Positions 29,260 through 38,688 of a stretch of DNA of 64,000 nt are shown here, in pieces. Position numbers and translations under genes: made by a program. Source of the stretch: an uncultured Hyphomicrobiales bacterium (GTDB lineage: Bacteria; Bacteroidota; Ignavibacteria; Kapaibacteriales; UBA2268). How positions within the stretch are numbered: position 1 is the first letter of the stretch; the number at the start of each line of letters is the position of its first letter. Location: NCBI GenBank assembly GCA_964454445.1, contig CAYVTD010000008.1:3517-67516 (forward strand). Direction: 5' to 3'. A model generated the notes under the pieces. The model made no database searches. It was given only the letters and a program-made list of their open reading frames with translations, and had not been told where the DNA came from.

Positions 29260-31254
29260 ATGTACCGTATGTTTACTACTTTCATTGCTGTTTTGTCTTT
29301 GGTTTCCTTAATGTTTACACCATTTAAACTATCAGCGGGCAACGAAATGCTTCCTGCACCAAAGAATATCAAATCAGCCTTCTCTGCCAAATCCAATACC
29401 CAAGTTATTACATCACATTTTACGGAAAAAGCTTCCGACAAATTGTTATCTAATAACACTTATTATTTCGAAGATTTCAACAAACCAACTTCTCCATCAG
29501 ATATAACCACGTATGATATCGATGGACTCAAGCCTGTCTATAATAATTGGAATGATGCGCCTTGGGTTCTCTATCTTATGGATGAAGCAACAAAAGATTA
29601 TGATATGATTAGCACATCTTATTATAATCCTGCTGGACAAGCAGATGATTGGCTTATTACACCAAAAATCACCATCGGTGAAGACGCTTATTTATCTTGG
29701 GAAGCTAATTCCTGGTATCCTGGAAGACAAGATGGATATGAAGTTAGAGTTTCCACTACTGGGGCAGATGTCGCTGATTTCGACAAAGTACTTTTCTCCA
29801 CCTCAGCCGAAAATGTTGATCCTACCCTAAGATTTGTTGATCTTTCAGCTGCAGGCATAAAGGATCAAGATATTTATATTGCTTTCAGGAATAATTCTTA
29901 CGACAAATATGTCCTCTCTATTGACAATATTGCCGTTTACAAACCGGACACTTATGATGTTCAAATGCTCAGCATTACACTTCCTAAATATATGCCTGTT
30001 CCAGGATCGCCTTATACTATCAACGGCACTTTCCGCAATATGGGAACAGAAACAATTACCAACTTTACATTATTATATACCGATAACGGCGGCGAGCCTG
30101 TTGAATGTCAAATTACTGATGTTAATATTCCATTACATACAACTTTTGATTTTTCACATTCTATAGATTGGACTACTGACCAGGCCGGAGAGCACAATAT
30201 CAAGGTATGGGTATCAAAGATTAACGGTAATAACGACCAGTTCCCCGGAAACGATGCTTTGTCGGGTGTTGTGCTTGCTTATGATGTAGAAAAGACCTTT
30301 AAACGCTATCCTATGATTGAATGCTTTACTTCTGCTACTTGTCCCCCATGCAATCCTGGTAATGTCGTCGTGGATAATATTTTAAAAAAGCACCCGGGAG
30401 ATTACGTCATTGCAAAATACCAAATGAATTGGCCCGGTAATGGCGATATATACTTCAACACAGATGGGAATATACGCAGAAACTATTATGCAATAGAAGG
30501 CGTTCCTACTATGTTTGTTGATGGGATGCTTGGCATCAATTCCAATGCATTTACGGATCAAATGTTCCTTGATGCTCAATCTTCTCCAGCTTTTTTGAAA
30601 TTGGAAGCCAATTATTCAGTTACAGACAAAACTGTTAATATCAATGCCAGCATTTTGTCTAAGATTGCTATTAATAAAAATGATATGGTTCTCCATTGTG
30701 CTATCTTGGAAGGCACTACTTATAAAAACGTTGCAACAAATGGAGAGACCGAATTTCACTATGTTGAAAAAGCTATGGTTCCTTCAGGAGCAGGCACACC
30801 CATAAAACCATTGGCTGCAGACGAAAAACAAGAGTTCAGCTTGACATACATATTCCCTGAAAACAATACTGTTGAAGAATTTGATGACTTATTTGTTGCT
30901 GTATTTCTACAGAATCGCACTACAAAAGAAGTATATAACGCAACATTTGCCGTCAAAGAGGCAGCAGGTGTTTATGATAAAAATAGCAGTGGAAGCGGTA
31001 TTGTCCGCGTTTTCCCAAATCCAGCCACACAAATGTTGAACTTGGATTATCTTGTAAACACTTCGTCTACTAATGTTAAGTTAATGGTTTATAATTTGAA
31101 CGGCGAATTAGTTCTCGAGAATAACTTGGGCGCAAAATCGGAAGGTATTTATTCGCAACCTGTAAACATTTCCAAACTCACTTCAGGCGATTATTTACTT
31201 GAATTGCACATCGACGCAGAAACATTTATAAATAAATTATCTGTAGTTAGATAA
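29260..31254 (+). CDS. T9SS-secreted protein: cleaved-adhesin-like + Ig/CARDB-like + Omp28-like (thioredoxin-fold) domains + CTD
   Basis: ADDWLITP, YIAFRN, IDNI; ECFTSATCPPC; GVPTMFVDG; CTD VFPNPA...VYNLNGELV...GDYLL...KLSVVR. Confidence 0.85.
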   Translation: MYRMFTTFIAVLSLVSLMFTPFKLSAGNEMLPAPKNIKSAFSAKSNTQVITSHFTEKASDKLLSNNTYYFEDFNKPTSPSDITTYDIDGLKPVYNNWNDAPWVLYLMDEATKDYDMISTSYYNPAGQADDWLITPKITIGEDAYLSWEANSWYPGRQDGYEVRVSTTGADVADFDKVLFSTSAENVDPTLRFVDLSAAGIKDQDIYIAFRNNSYDKYVLSIDNIAVYKPDTYDVQMLSITLPKYMPVPGSPYTINGTFRNMGTETITNFTLLYTDNGGEPVECQITDVNIPLHTTFDFSHSIDWTTDQAGEHNIKVWVSKINGNNDQFPGNDALSGVVLAYDVEKTFKRYPMIECFTSATCPPCNPGNVVVDNILKKHPGDYVIAKYQMNWPGNGDIYFNTDGNIRRNYYAIEGVPTMFVDGMLGINSNAFTDQMFLDAQSSPAFLKLEANYSVTDKTVNINASILSKIAINKNDMVLHCAILEGTTYKNVATNGETEFHYVEKAMVPSGAGTPIKPLAADEKQEFSLTYIFPENNTVEEFDDLFVAVFLQNRTTKEVYNATFAVKEAAGVYDKNSSGSGIVRVFPNPATQMLNLDYLVNTSSTNVKLMVYNLNGELVLENNLGAKSEGIYSQPVNISKLTSGDYLLELHIDAETFINKLSVVR

Positions 31255-31286
31255 AAGAAAAGAAAAACGACTTTTCTAATGGAAAG

Positions 31287-31317
31287 GGAGCTGTCTGACA
31301 AGGGCAGCTCCTTTTTT
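31287..31317 (+). terminator. Intrinsic terminator, possibly bidirectional
   Basis: GGAGCTGTC (31287-31295) / GGCAGCTCC (31303-31311) followed by T6; preceded by an A-run. Confidence 0.75.
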
Positions 31318-31378
31318 GATTAATAATGCATAAACTTTTTGACACTGGTTGTAAAGAAGCATTAAATTTTTCTATGGA

Positions 31379-31978
31379 TTATTGAAAATCAAAAGTAATT
31401 TGGTTTAATATCATTTGAATTCTTTTTTCTGAAATTGTTTTATAATCCTCATTGATTTCGTAACCAATAAAACTCCTATTAGATTTCAAAGCGGAGATAG
31501 CTGTCGTTCCACTTCCAAGAAATGGGTCGAGAATAATATCATTTTTAAAAGAATATAATTGAATTAATCGATACGGTAATTCTTCAGGAAAAGGAGCTGG
31601 ATGGTTTACTTTCTTTGCTGATTCGGGATTCATTGTCCAAATGGATTTTGTCCATTCCATAAATTGTTCTTTTGTAATTGTATTTTCTTTGCCTTTAGCT
31701 TTTCTTTGATAATCACCTTTGGAAAAGATTAATATATATTCGTGTACATCCCTCAAAACAGGATTAGAAGCTGATTGCCAACTACCCCATGCCATGGATA
31801 CACCTGCACCCGCTCCCTTATTCCAAATAATTTCTCCTCTCATATTATAACCAATATCTAACATAATCTGAGAAACATAATCACTTAGAGGTATATAAGG
31901 TTTTCTACCTACGTTAGCAATATTAATACAAGCTCTGCCACCGGTAACAAGAACACGATATGTTTCATTGACGACAAA
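31379..31978 (-). pseudogene. Beta-class N4-C/N6-A DNA methyltransferase, C-terminal part only
   Basis: Frame extends upstream of the track ORF: ETYRVLVTGGRACINIAN...GEIIWNK...HEYILIFSK...HPAPFPEEL...ILDPFLGSGTT...IGYEI. In-frame TAA at 31981-31979; catalytic (S/D)PPY motif and start codon absent. Confidence 0.85.
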
Positions 31979-31995
31979 TTAGAACTAATTTGATC

Positions 31996-32844
31996 CTAAA
32001 AATGAACATATTTATAAAATTTTGAAACATTTTTTGACAAAACAGCTTGATTAACAAGGAATTCCTTTTTATTGAAATATACTTTTGTAAGCCAGCCATT
32101 ATCAAATTTTTCTTCAACATTAGCAAATGTAAATTGTTTATGACAATTTGCACAAACCATTAAAATATTTTTAGGATGGTTGCCTATTTTAGGATCGATA
32201 TGATGTAATTCAAAATATGGTCTATTATCTTGCTTTAAAAACCAGAAGTCACAAACTTGACAGTGTCCTTTATAAATATTATTAAATAAAATCCTTAAAT
32301 TAGCAGGTACTATTTCTTTTGCAGTTACCTGATTTTTTATTACTTGTTTTATTTCTATGTAATCAATATTTGATAATCTAAATAATTCATTCGAGGAAGC
32401 TTTTTCGATTTCAATTTGGTTTAAATCGGCCAATTGATTAATATTTATGATAGCATTACCTTCATCCTCGGTTTTATCAAATTCCTCTTCGATAGATTGA
32501 TTTCGGTTAATATAAAGTGTTTCTGGTATTAATTTGTAAATTAAGTTCTGTTTATCAATAGATTGGATAACAATTTCATCATCGACTTGTAGGTTATTAT
32601 TCCGATACCATTCTGATAAGCCATAAATTCTTGCTTCTCTATTCTTTTCAGAAATAATAAACTTTTTTGTTTGTAAAATTGTTAAATTATCAAAGTAAAC
32701 ATTGATATCACAGGTTTTATCTGGGAATAAATTTATTAAAGAAGTGGGTATTGCCAACAAACCATAATTTAACCTGCTTTGAGTCATTTTAATTGTATGG
32801 TAATTAAAGTTTATTGAACTGTTTAGAGTTAGTATATTATTCAT
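31996..32844 (-). CDS. HNH endonuclease with N-terminal B3/EcoRII-N-like DNA-binding pseudobarrel
   Basis: C-terminal CQVC...FELHHID...NILMVCANCH. N-terminal TIKMTQSRLNYGLLAIP..LFP..INVYFD..EARIYGLSEWYRNNNLQVDDEIVI. Confidence 0.75.
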   Translation of the reverse strand: MNNILTLNSSINFNYHTIKMTQSRLNYGLLAIPTSLINLFPDKTCDINVYFDNLTILQTKKFIISEKNREARIYGLSEWYRNNNLQVDDEIVIQSIDKQNLIYKLIPETLYINRNQSIEEEFDKTEDEGNAIININQLADLNQIEIEKASSNELFRLSNIDYIEIKQVIKNQVTAKEIVPANLRILFNNIYKGHCQVCDFWFLKQDNRPYFELHHIDPKIGNHPKNILMVCANCHKQFTFANVEEKFDNGWLTKVYFNKKEFLVNQAVLSKNVSKFYKYVHF

Positions 32845-32846
32845 CG

Positions 32847-33053
32847 TTAAAATCCGAAATCTTTACCAATTCCCACCGATTTATTACACTCAGGACAGAA
32901 TACTTCACTATTTGGGCTGTTCGTTAATGAATGATGAGCAATACATTCCCATTTGTCATCATTCCATCTCCATTGTTCTGTCATATTCGCTGAAAAATTT
33001 ATTGTGGATAATTCAAATCCACAATTCGGACATTTTTTAAATTTATTTTTCAT
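32847..33053 (-). CDS. Small zinc-ribbon protein
   Basis: CPNC...CPEC pairs, 68 aa; spaced 1-2 nt from both neighbours. Confidence 0.65.
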   Translation of the reverse strand: MKNKFKKCPNCGFELSTINFSANMTEQWRWNDDKWECIAHHSLTNSPNSEVFCPECNKSVGIGKDFGF

Positions 33054-33054
33054 A

Positions 33055-33624
33055 TTAATTCTGAAATAGAATGAAAAAAAATCTTTGATTTACTAATGTT
33101 TTTAATGCTGAAGCAGCCATTTCTGCACCTCTGGGATTTGTTCCTGCTTTTGGTAATTTAATATACTCATCTTTACCAATTTCATTAAATACTTCAATTT
33201 GAACTTCTTTAGGGATATAATAAAACCCTCCGCCGTTATTCCAATTAATTTGTACAAAAATCATATCACAGCCTGGAATATATGTTTCTCTAAATCTCAA
33301 AGCACTGTCAGCATCGACTGTCCAAATTAACTTTACACCTGAAAAACTTGTTCCAGTAATTGTTTTAATTGAAATAGGATTACTAAATACTTTAACATCA
33401 ACCTCAGATTCAGTTATTGGGATTTCGGTTTCAACATTATTTTCACCAAATTTATAAATCATCAATGCCACTAAAATTCTTTCTCTTAAACTACCTACTT
33501 CCATACCAACTTTTCCTGCTCTTGAGCTTTCCAATTCTGCAAAATGAAATAATTTCGGTAGTTTATTTTGAATCTTTCTAATCATCTGTTTGTCTTCAAA
33601 AATACTTTTAATTCTATTATCCAT
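33055..33624 (-). CDS. ThaI-family type II restriction endonuclease, probably C-terminally truncated
   Basis: KLPKLFHFAELESSRAGKVGMEVGSLRERILVALMIYKFG..VDVKVFSNPISIKT (PD-ExK-like core), VKLIWTVD, LPKAGTNPRG. Ends about 20 aa after NPRG in a poly-Phe run. Confidence 0.75.
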   Translation of the reverse strand: MDNRIKSIFEDKQMIRKIQNKLPKLFHFAELESSRAGKVGMEVGSLRERILVALMIYKFGENNVETEIPITESEVDVKVFSNPISIKTITGTSFSGVKLIWTVDADSALRFRETYIPGCDMIFVQINWNNGGGFYYIPKEVQIEVFNEIGKDEYIKLPKAGTNPRGAEMAASALKTLVNQRFFFILFQN

Positions 33625-33791
33625 AAAAATCTGCCGTGAATAAACAGTCTAACTGCAAACATAACTCATTTTAAGGAAATAAACTTATATTTTCTAAGAA
33701 ATATCCAATTTCTCCCTTGTCAATACTGTCTCACGGAATTTAAAATTGTCTTGGAAAGAGGTAAAAGCGACGAAAATACTATTCGGTAAGA

Positions 33792-34943
33792 CTACTTAAA
33801 GAATTTTGAATAGATGGAATGCCCGTAATAAGAAAAGTTTTCGAAATATCCGGTAAACCATTGAAAAAGAACGATTCCTCGCTCTTGGGAAGCGGTAATA
33901 TCTTCATATCTTTCAATGCCGCCTGTGCGAATAACGTTAAATTCCCTATTTGGCGGGTAATGCTTTAAGTATTCAGCGGCAAAACTGCTCAAATCAAAAG
34001 ATTTTTGCTTTAGAGGAGCGCCGCTTATTCCTCCGCCAAAGGTTTCAACAAAGTAATCGAAGACTCTATGCTCACTTTTGTCTATCATTGTCCTGCAAGC
34101 ATTATAATCGGTCGAAGTATTGCCGAGATTGACTCCGTCGTAATTCATAGCAAGCATAATATCAAGCAAAGCAACAAGGGTTTTCCGGTCGATATCCGTC
34201 GATAATTTCAAAATAACAGGCAGATTACGCCTCCTGTTTTTCAAAAACTTGTCGTTAATATGCTCTAATCTCCGCATTAAACTAATATCGATTGATTTTG
34301 AAAGGATTTCTTCGCCTGCATCTAATTCTTTTTCAGAAATGGAGGTGTTATGAGTTACGTTTGGACAGCTTTCATTAATCTCGATGAAATCGACACCAGC
34401 TTTATCAAACATCTTTAATCCTTCGATAAGTCCTTGCATTGCCAGACTTTCCTCTTGGTTGGGCGAGGCGGCCAAGCTGATGCCAATTGGACAACCACGC
34501 TTTTTTGAGAGCATAGACAATCGTTTAGCAACAATTTCGCAGCCTTCGTTTGGCAACCCCATCCAATTCGAAGCAGCATGCGATTTCGGATAGGCAGCAA
34601 AGGGATGCACGATACCTTCTTTTTTGTTGCCTTGTCTCGGGATAGGCGTGCTTGTACCTGCGAGAAATGCGCCAGCAGATTGAGCGGCACATAGTTCGTA
34701 ACCTTTGCCATTTTTAAACATTCCGGCAGCATTAAACAATGGGCAGTTAAACTCGATATCCCAAAGTTTTATTTTCAAATTTTCTGGAAGGGAAATCGAA
34801 CGGGAAGGTGTTTCATTAATAAACTTTTCGAGGAATGTCTTTCTACCTTTTGTAAAAAAAGATACTGCTTTTTTAGCAGGTAAAAGATTAATCTTTGGTC
34901 TTAAGATTTTTTCATATCTGGAAAAGTATTCTACTAATGACAT
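33792..34943 (-). CDS. pyrD: Dihydroorotate dehydrogenase (class 2-like)
   Basis: NAAGMFKNG, PRQGN, NWMGLPNEG, EINESCPN, GNT, GGISGAPL, TGG. Confidence 0.88.
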   Translation of the reverse strand: MSLVEYFSRYEKILRPKINLLPAKKAVSFFTKGRKTFLEKFINETPSRSISLPENLKIKLWDIEFNCPLFNAAGMFKNGKGYELCAAQSAGAFLAGTSTPIPRQGNKKEGIVHPFAAYPKSHAASNWMGLPNEGCEIVAKRLSMLSKKRGCPIGISLAASPNQEESLAMQGLIEGLKMFDKAGVDFIEINESCPNVTHNTSISEKELDAGEEILSKSIDISLMRRLEHINDKFLKNRRRNLPVILKLSTDIDRKTLVALLDIMLAMNYDGVNLGNTSTDYNACRTMIDKSEHRVFDYFVETFGGGISGAPLKQKSFDLSSFAAEYLKHYPPNREFNVIRTGGIERYEDITASQERGIVLFQWFTGYFENFSYYGHSIYSKFFK

Positions 34944-35007
34944 TTGTCGGGGTAGTTAAGATGATAAATAATAAAATATTAAGACAATAAGCAACAATAA
35001 TTTCAAA

Positions 35008-36105
35008 TTAAGCATACTCTTTAATGGGTAACTCGCCCTTTAAAGCAAAAAGCACGTTTTCCGCCAATGCCCACATTTCGTCTTCACCTGGATAGACACT
35101 AACAGGTGCAAGAAATTCGACTCGCTCTTTTATCCATTTGACAATTAAATCAGAATAAGCCAAGCCCCCTGTTAAAATAATAGCATCAATTTTTCCCTTT
35201 AAGACAACTGCATAAGCGCCAATTTCTTTTGATATTTGATAAGCCATTGCCTCATAAACCTTTGTAGCAGCATCATCTCCATTATTTACACGCTTTTCGA
35301 CATCGTTTGCATTGTTAGTGCCTAAATAAGCAACTATTCCACCTTTGCCTGTAATCATTTTTCTAACTTCATGGAACTGATATTTCCCTGAGTAGCATAG
35401 CTTTGCTAAGGCAGCGACTGGCAGAGTGCCTGCTCTTTCGGGCGAAAAAGGACCTTCACCATCGAGACCATTATTTACATCGGTAACACGTCCTTTTTCG
35501 TGTGCTCCGACAGTAATGCCGCCTCCGAGATGCACAACAATCAAATTAATATTATCATAATTCAAGCCATTTTCTCTGGCATATCTTCTTGCAACAGCTT
35601 TTTGGTTTAAAGCGTGGAAAATGCTAATTCTTGGCAACTGCGGGTGACCGGAAAAACGGGCTAGTTCGTTTAATTCGTCCACAACAACAGGATCAACGAT
35701 GAAAGCACCAATATTTTTTCCCGTAGCCAAGGCAATTTCATTAGCAAGAATACCGCCAATATTCGATGCATGCTCACCAATAATTCCCTTGCGGAGGTCG
35801 TCGAGCATTCTTTCGTTTACTCTGTAAACACCACTTGGAATGGGCTTGAGCAAGCCACCTCTGCCGACGACAGCATCGAGATCCTTAATGGAAATATTTC
35901 TTTCTGTCAGAGAGTTAATAATAATCTCACGGCGAAACTCGTATTGCTCGATAATGCTCGAAAAAGGTGCAAGTTCTTCGACGCTATGCCTCAGTATAAC
36001 ATTGAAAACTTCTTTGTCGTGGTCGAAAACAGCGATTTTTGTGGACGTTGACCCTGGGTTTATCGCAAGAATTTTGTACATAACTTTTTTAATTTTCATT
36101 ATCAA
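35008..36105 (-). CDS. buk: Butyrate kinase
   Basis: LAINPGSTSTK, GRGGLLKP, HASNIG, DPVVVDE, HALNQKAV, HLGGGITVGAH, GPFSPER. True start may be ATG 36081. Confidence 0.95.
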   Translation of the reverse strand: MIMKIKKVMYKILAINPGSTSTKIAVFDHDKEVFNVILRHSVEELAPFSSIIEQYEFRREIIINSLTERNISIKDLDAVVGRGGLLKPIPSGVYRVNERMLDDLRKGIIGEHASNIGGILANEIALATGKNIGAFIVDPVVVDELNELARFSGHPQLPRISIFHALNQKAVARRYARENGLNYDNINLIVVHLGGGITVGAHEKGRVTDVNNGLDGEGPFSPERAGTLPVAALAKLCYSGKYQFHEVRKMITGKGGIVAYLGTNNANDVEKRVNNGDDAATKVYEAMAYQISKEIGAYAVVLKGKIDAIILTGGLAYSDLIVKWIKERVEFLAPVSVYPGEDEMWALAENVLFALKGELPIKEYA

Positions 36106-36118
36106 TTTATTTTAAAAA

Positions 36119-37021
36119 CTAATATGCCGCTGCGAGTGCAATAGATAAAAACTTACTCCGGTGGCTATCTGCCCTTGAAGTAAGAACAATAGGAACAGTT
36201 GCACCAAGAATAATAGCCGCAACCAGCGCCCCGGCAAAATAAGTAAAACTTTTATAAAGAATGTTGGCTGATTCAATATCCGGAGCGAGCAGGATATCAG
36301 CATCTCCGGCGACATTGCTTTCGATGCCCTTATGATGCGTTGCCTCAAGCGAAACTGCATTGTCAAAAGCAAGAGGTCCGTCGATTATGCACCCACTTAT
36401 CTGTTTTCTACGGTTCATCATAGTAAGAAGTGCGGCATCAATGGTTGCTTGCATTTTGGGATTTACAGCTTCGATTGCGGCGAGACAGGCGACTTTTGGG
36501 GTTTCTACTCCGAGATGATGAAATAAATCAACAGCATTTTTAACAATGTCCACTTTTTCGCTTAGGTCTGGAGATATATTCTGTGCCGCATCGGTCAATC
36601 CAATTATTTTATGATAAGCAGCAACTTCGAAAATTCCTGTGTGGCTTAAAAGTCCTGATTTTCGCAAGCCATTATCTTTATTTAAGATAGCACGTAAATA
36701 ATCGGCTGAGGAGACTAAGCCTTTCATCAAGATCTGTGCATCGCCCGAACGAACTAAATCTACAGATTTTACACAAGCAGCAGCAGGATTATTTTCTGAA
36801 ATCAGTTTAATGCCTTCGAGTTCAAAGTTAATATCTTTGGCTATTGATCTTATTTTTTCAAGATTTCCCACTAAAATCGGCTCAATAATGCCTGTACTCT
36901 TAGCAGATTGAATAGCTTCCAATACCGGACGATCGTCGGCGGCAGCAACGGCTACATATTTTTTTGGTTTACCTTTTGCAATTTCTGCAAATGTATCAAG
37001 TGTTTTTATCCCCATCAACAT
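36119..37021 (-). CDS. ptb: Phosphate butyryltransferase
   Basis: LMKGL, DAAQNI, IIDGPLAFDNA, ADILLAPDIESANILYK, IVLTSRADS; adjacent to buk. Confidence 0.9.
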   Translation of the reverse strand: MLMGIKTLDTFAEIAKGKPKKYVAVAAADDRPVLEAIQSAKSTGIIEPILVGNLEKIRSIAKDINFELEGIKLISENNPAAACVKSVDLVRSGDAQILMKGLVSSADYLRAILNKDNGLRKSGLLSHTGIFEVAAYHKIIGLTDAAQNISPDLSEKVDIVKNAVDLFHHLGVETPKVACLAAIEAVNPKMQATIDAALLTMMNRRKQISGCIIDGPLAFDNAVSLEATHHKGIESNVAGDADILLAPDIESANILYKSFTYFAGALVAAIILGATVPIVLTSRADSHRSKFLSIALAAAY

Positions 37022-37118
37022 TCCTGTTTGTTATCAAAAAAATCTCTAAATTATTAATCTTTTTTACTAATTATTTACGAATCAATTCATTTACTTAAAC
37101 ATTCTTATCAAAAAAAAC

Positions 37119-38642
37119 TCATTGCAAGCTGCCAATTTCATCTTCGACAGCTTTAAGAATGGTAGTGGACTTCACTACTTCTTTCATCTTGTTATGGTCG
37201 GCATACAATGGCCTGTCAATATCCAGGAATTCGACATTTTCCCTTACAACTTTTCTTGCAGCTGTTACGCCTTTCCCATTTGTAAAATTGCGAATATCAA
37301 GGGCTTGCGTCGCCGCAATGAATTCAATTCCAAGTACACCATAAGCATTATCAAGTATCTGAGCATTTTTCAAAGCTGTATTCATACCCATAGAAACAAA
37401 ATCTTCTTGATCAGCTGCGGCAGGAATTGATTGGACCGAGGCAGGATTGGACAAAATCCTCTGCTCGACGATAAGCATGTCGGCAGTGTATTGACTTAGC
37501 ATCAAGCCGCTATAAAAACCGGGATTTGTTGCTAAAAACGCTGGCAAGCCTTGGCTAAGTGCCGGATTGAGCAAACGATTTAGACGTCTTTCAGAAAGCA
37601 CCGATACCATAGTAATAGAAGCGCCTGCAAAATCCATTGGCAAAGATACAGGAGTGCCTTGAAAATTTGCTCCCGATAGGGTGAGTTTTTCCTCGGTCAG
37701 AAAAATGGGATTATCTCCAACTCCGTTCAACTCAATCTCTACTTGCGAACGTGCATAAGCAATGGCATCATGAGCGGCGCCGATTACTTGTGGCGTCGAG
37801 CGCATCGAGTAAGCATCTTGAACCTTCGTTTTCACCTTTCCAACGAGCAAATCACTTCCTTCCATGCACTGCTTGATTGCCTTTGCGCTTCTTTGTGCGC
37901 CGGCAAAACCGCGTAGCTGATGAAGTCGTATATCATAAGGTTTCATATTGGCAAGTAATGCCTCTAAAGACATAGCGGCTGCTATCTCAGCTTGCTTCAA
38001 CCAGTTGTTGAAATCGTAAAGATGGATTGCGCTCATGGCAGTCAACAAATTCGAGCCGTTAATAGTGGCAAGACCGTCACGAGTTTGCAAGCCGGGAACG
38101 GTAATGCCTGCTTTTTCGAAAGCTACTTTGCCTGGAAGACGCTCTCCCTTGAAAAAAGCTTCGCCCTCACCCATCATCAATAAAGCTACTTGAGACATAG
38201 GGGCAAGATCGCCACAGGCGCCGACCGAACCCTTCTGGCAAACTACAGGAGTTACGCCTTTGTTTAGCATTTCAACAAGGGTAAGCGTAATTTCAGGACG
38301 ACAACCGGAATTGCCGTGGGCATGCACGTTAATTCTGCCAGCAATAGCTCCCCGAACATATTCGATTGATACCGGTTCGCCGATCCCCGCTGAATGATTG
38401 TAAATCAAATATTTTTGAAAGGCTTCGAGTTTGTCGTCATCAAGCACCATCTCAGAAAATTCGCCAATACCTGTGTTGATGCCATACATTATCTCCTTTG
38501 CCTTCACTTTTTCCATCAACATAGCACGATTTGCCTTGATTTTTTCTAAACAATGTGGGGCTAATTCCACCTTTTCACCAAATCTTGCTATTTTAACAAC
38601 TTTTTCTATGGTCAAGCTGTAACCATCTAATACTATTGCCAT
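37119..38642 (-). CDS. MIO-dependent aromatic amino acid ammonia-lyase/aminomutase family protein (HAL/PAL/TAL), Ala-Cys-Gly variant
   Basis: YGINTG, GSVGACGDLAP, QDAYSMRSTPQV, DNP, GANFQG, SERRLNRL, QEDFVSMG. Confidence 0.9.
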   Translation of the reverse strand: MAIVLDGYSLTIEKVVKIARFGEKVELAPHCLEKIKANRAMLMEKVKAKEIMYGINTGIGEFSEMVLDDDKLEAFQKYLIYNHSAGIGEPVSIEYVRGAIAGRINVHAHGNSGCRPEITLTLVEMLNKGVTPVVCQKGSVGACGDLAPMSQVALLMMGEGEAFFKGERLPGKVAFEKAGITVPGLQTRDGLATINGSNLLTAMSAIHLYDFNNWLKQAEIAAAMSLEALLANMKPYDIRLHQLRGFAGAQRSAKAIKQCMEGSDLLVGKVKTKVQDAYSMRSTPQVIGAAHDAIAYARSQVEIELNGVGDNPIFLTEEKLTLSGANFQGTPVSLPMDFAGASITMVSVLSERRLNRLLNPALSQGLPAFLATNPGFYSGLMLSQYTADMLIVEQRILSNPASVQSIPAAADQEDFVSMGMNTALKNAQILDNAYGVLGIEFIAATQALDIRNFTNGKGVTAARKVVRENVEFLDIDRPLYADHNKMKEVVKSTTILKAVEDEIGSLQ

Positions 38643-38688
38643 TTTAAAAACCTTTTTTTGTCTTAAAAACTTCTTAACTACTAATTCT

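Noticed and set aside
37119-38642. Gene symbol hutH
   Set aside because: Atypical specificity residues and no other hut genes in the window; the substrate is undetermined.
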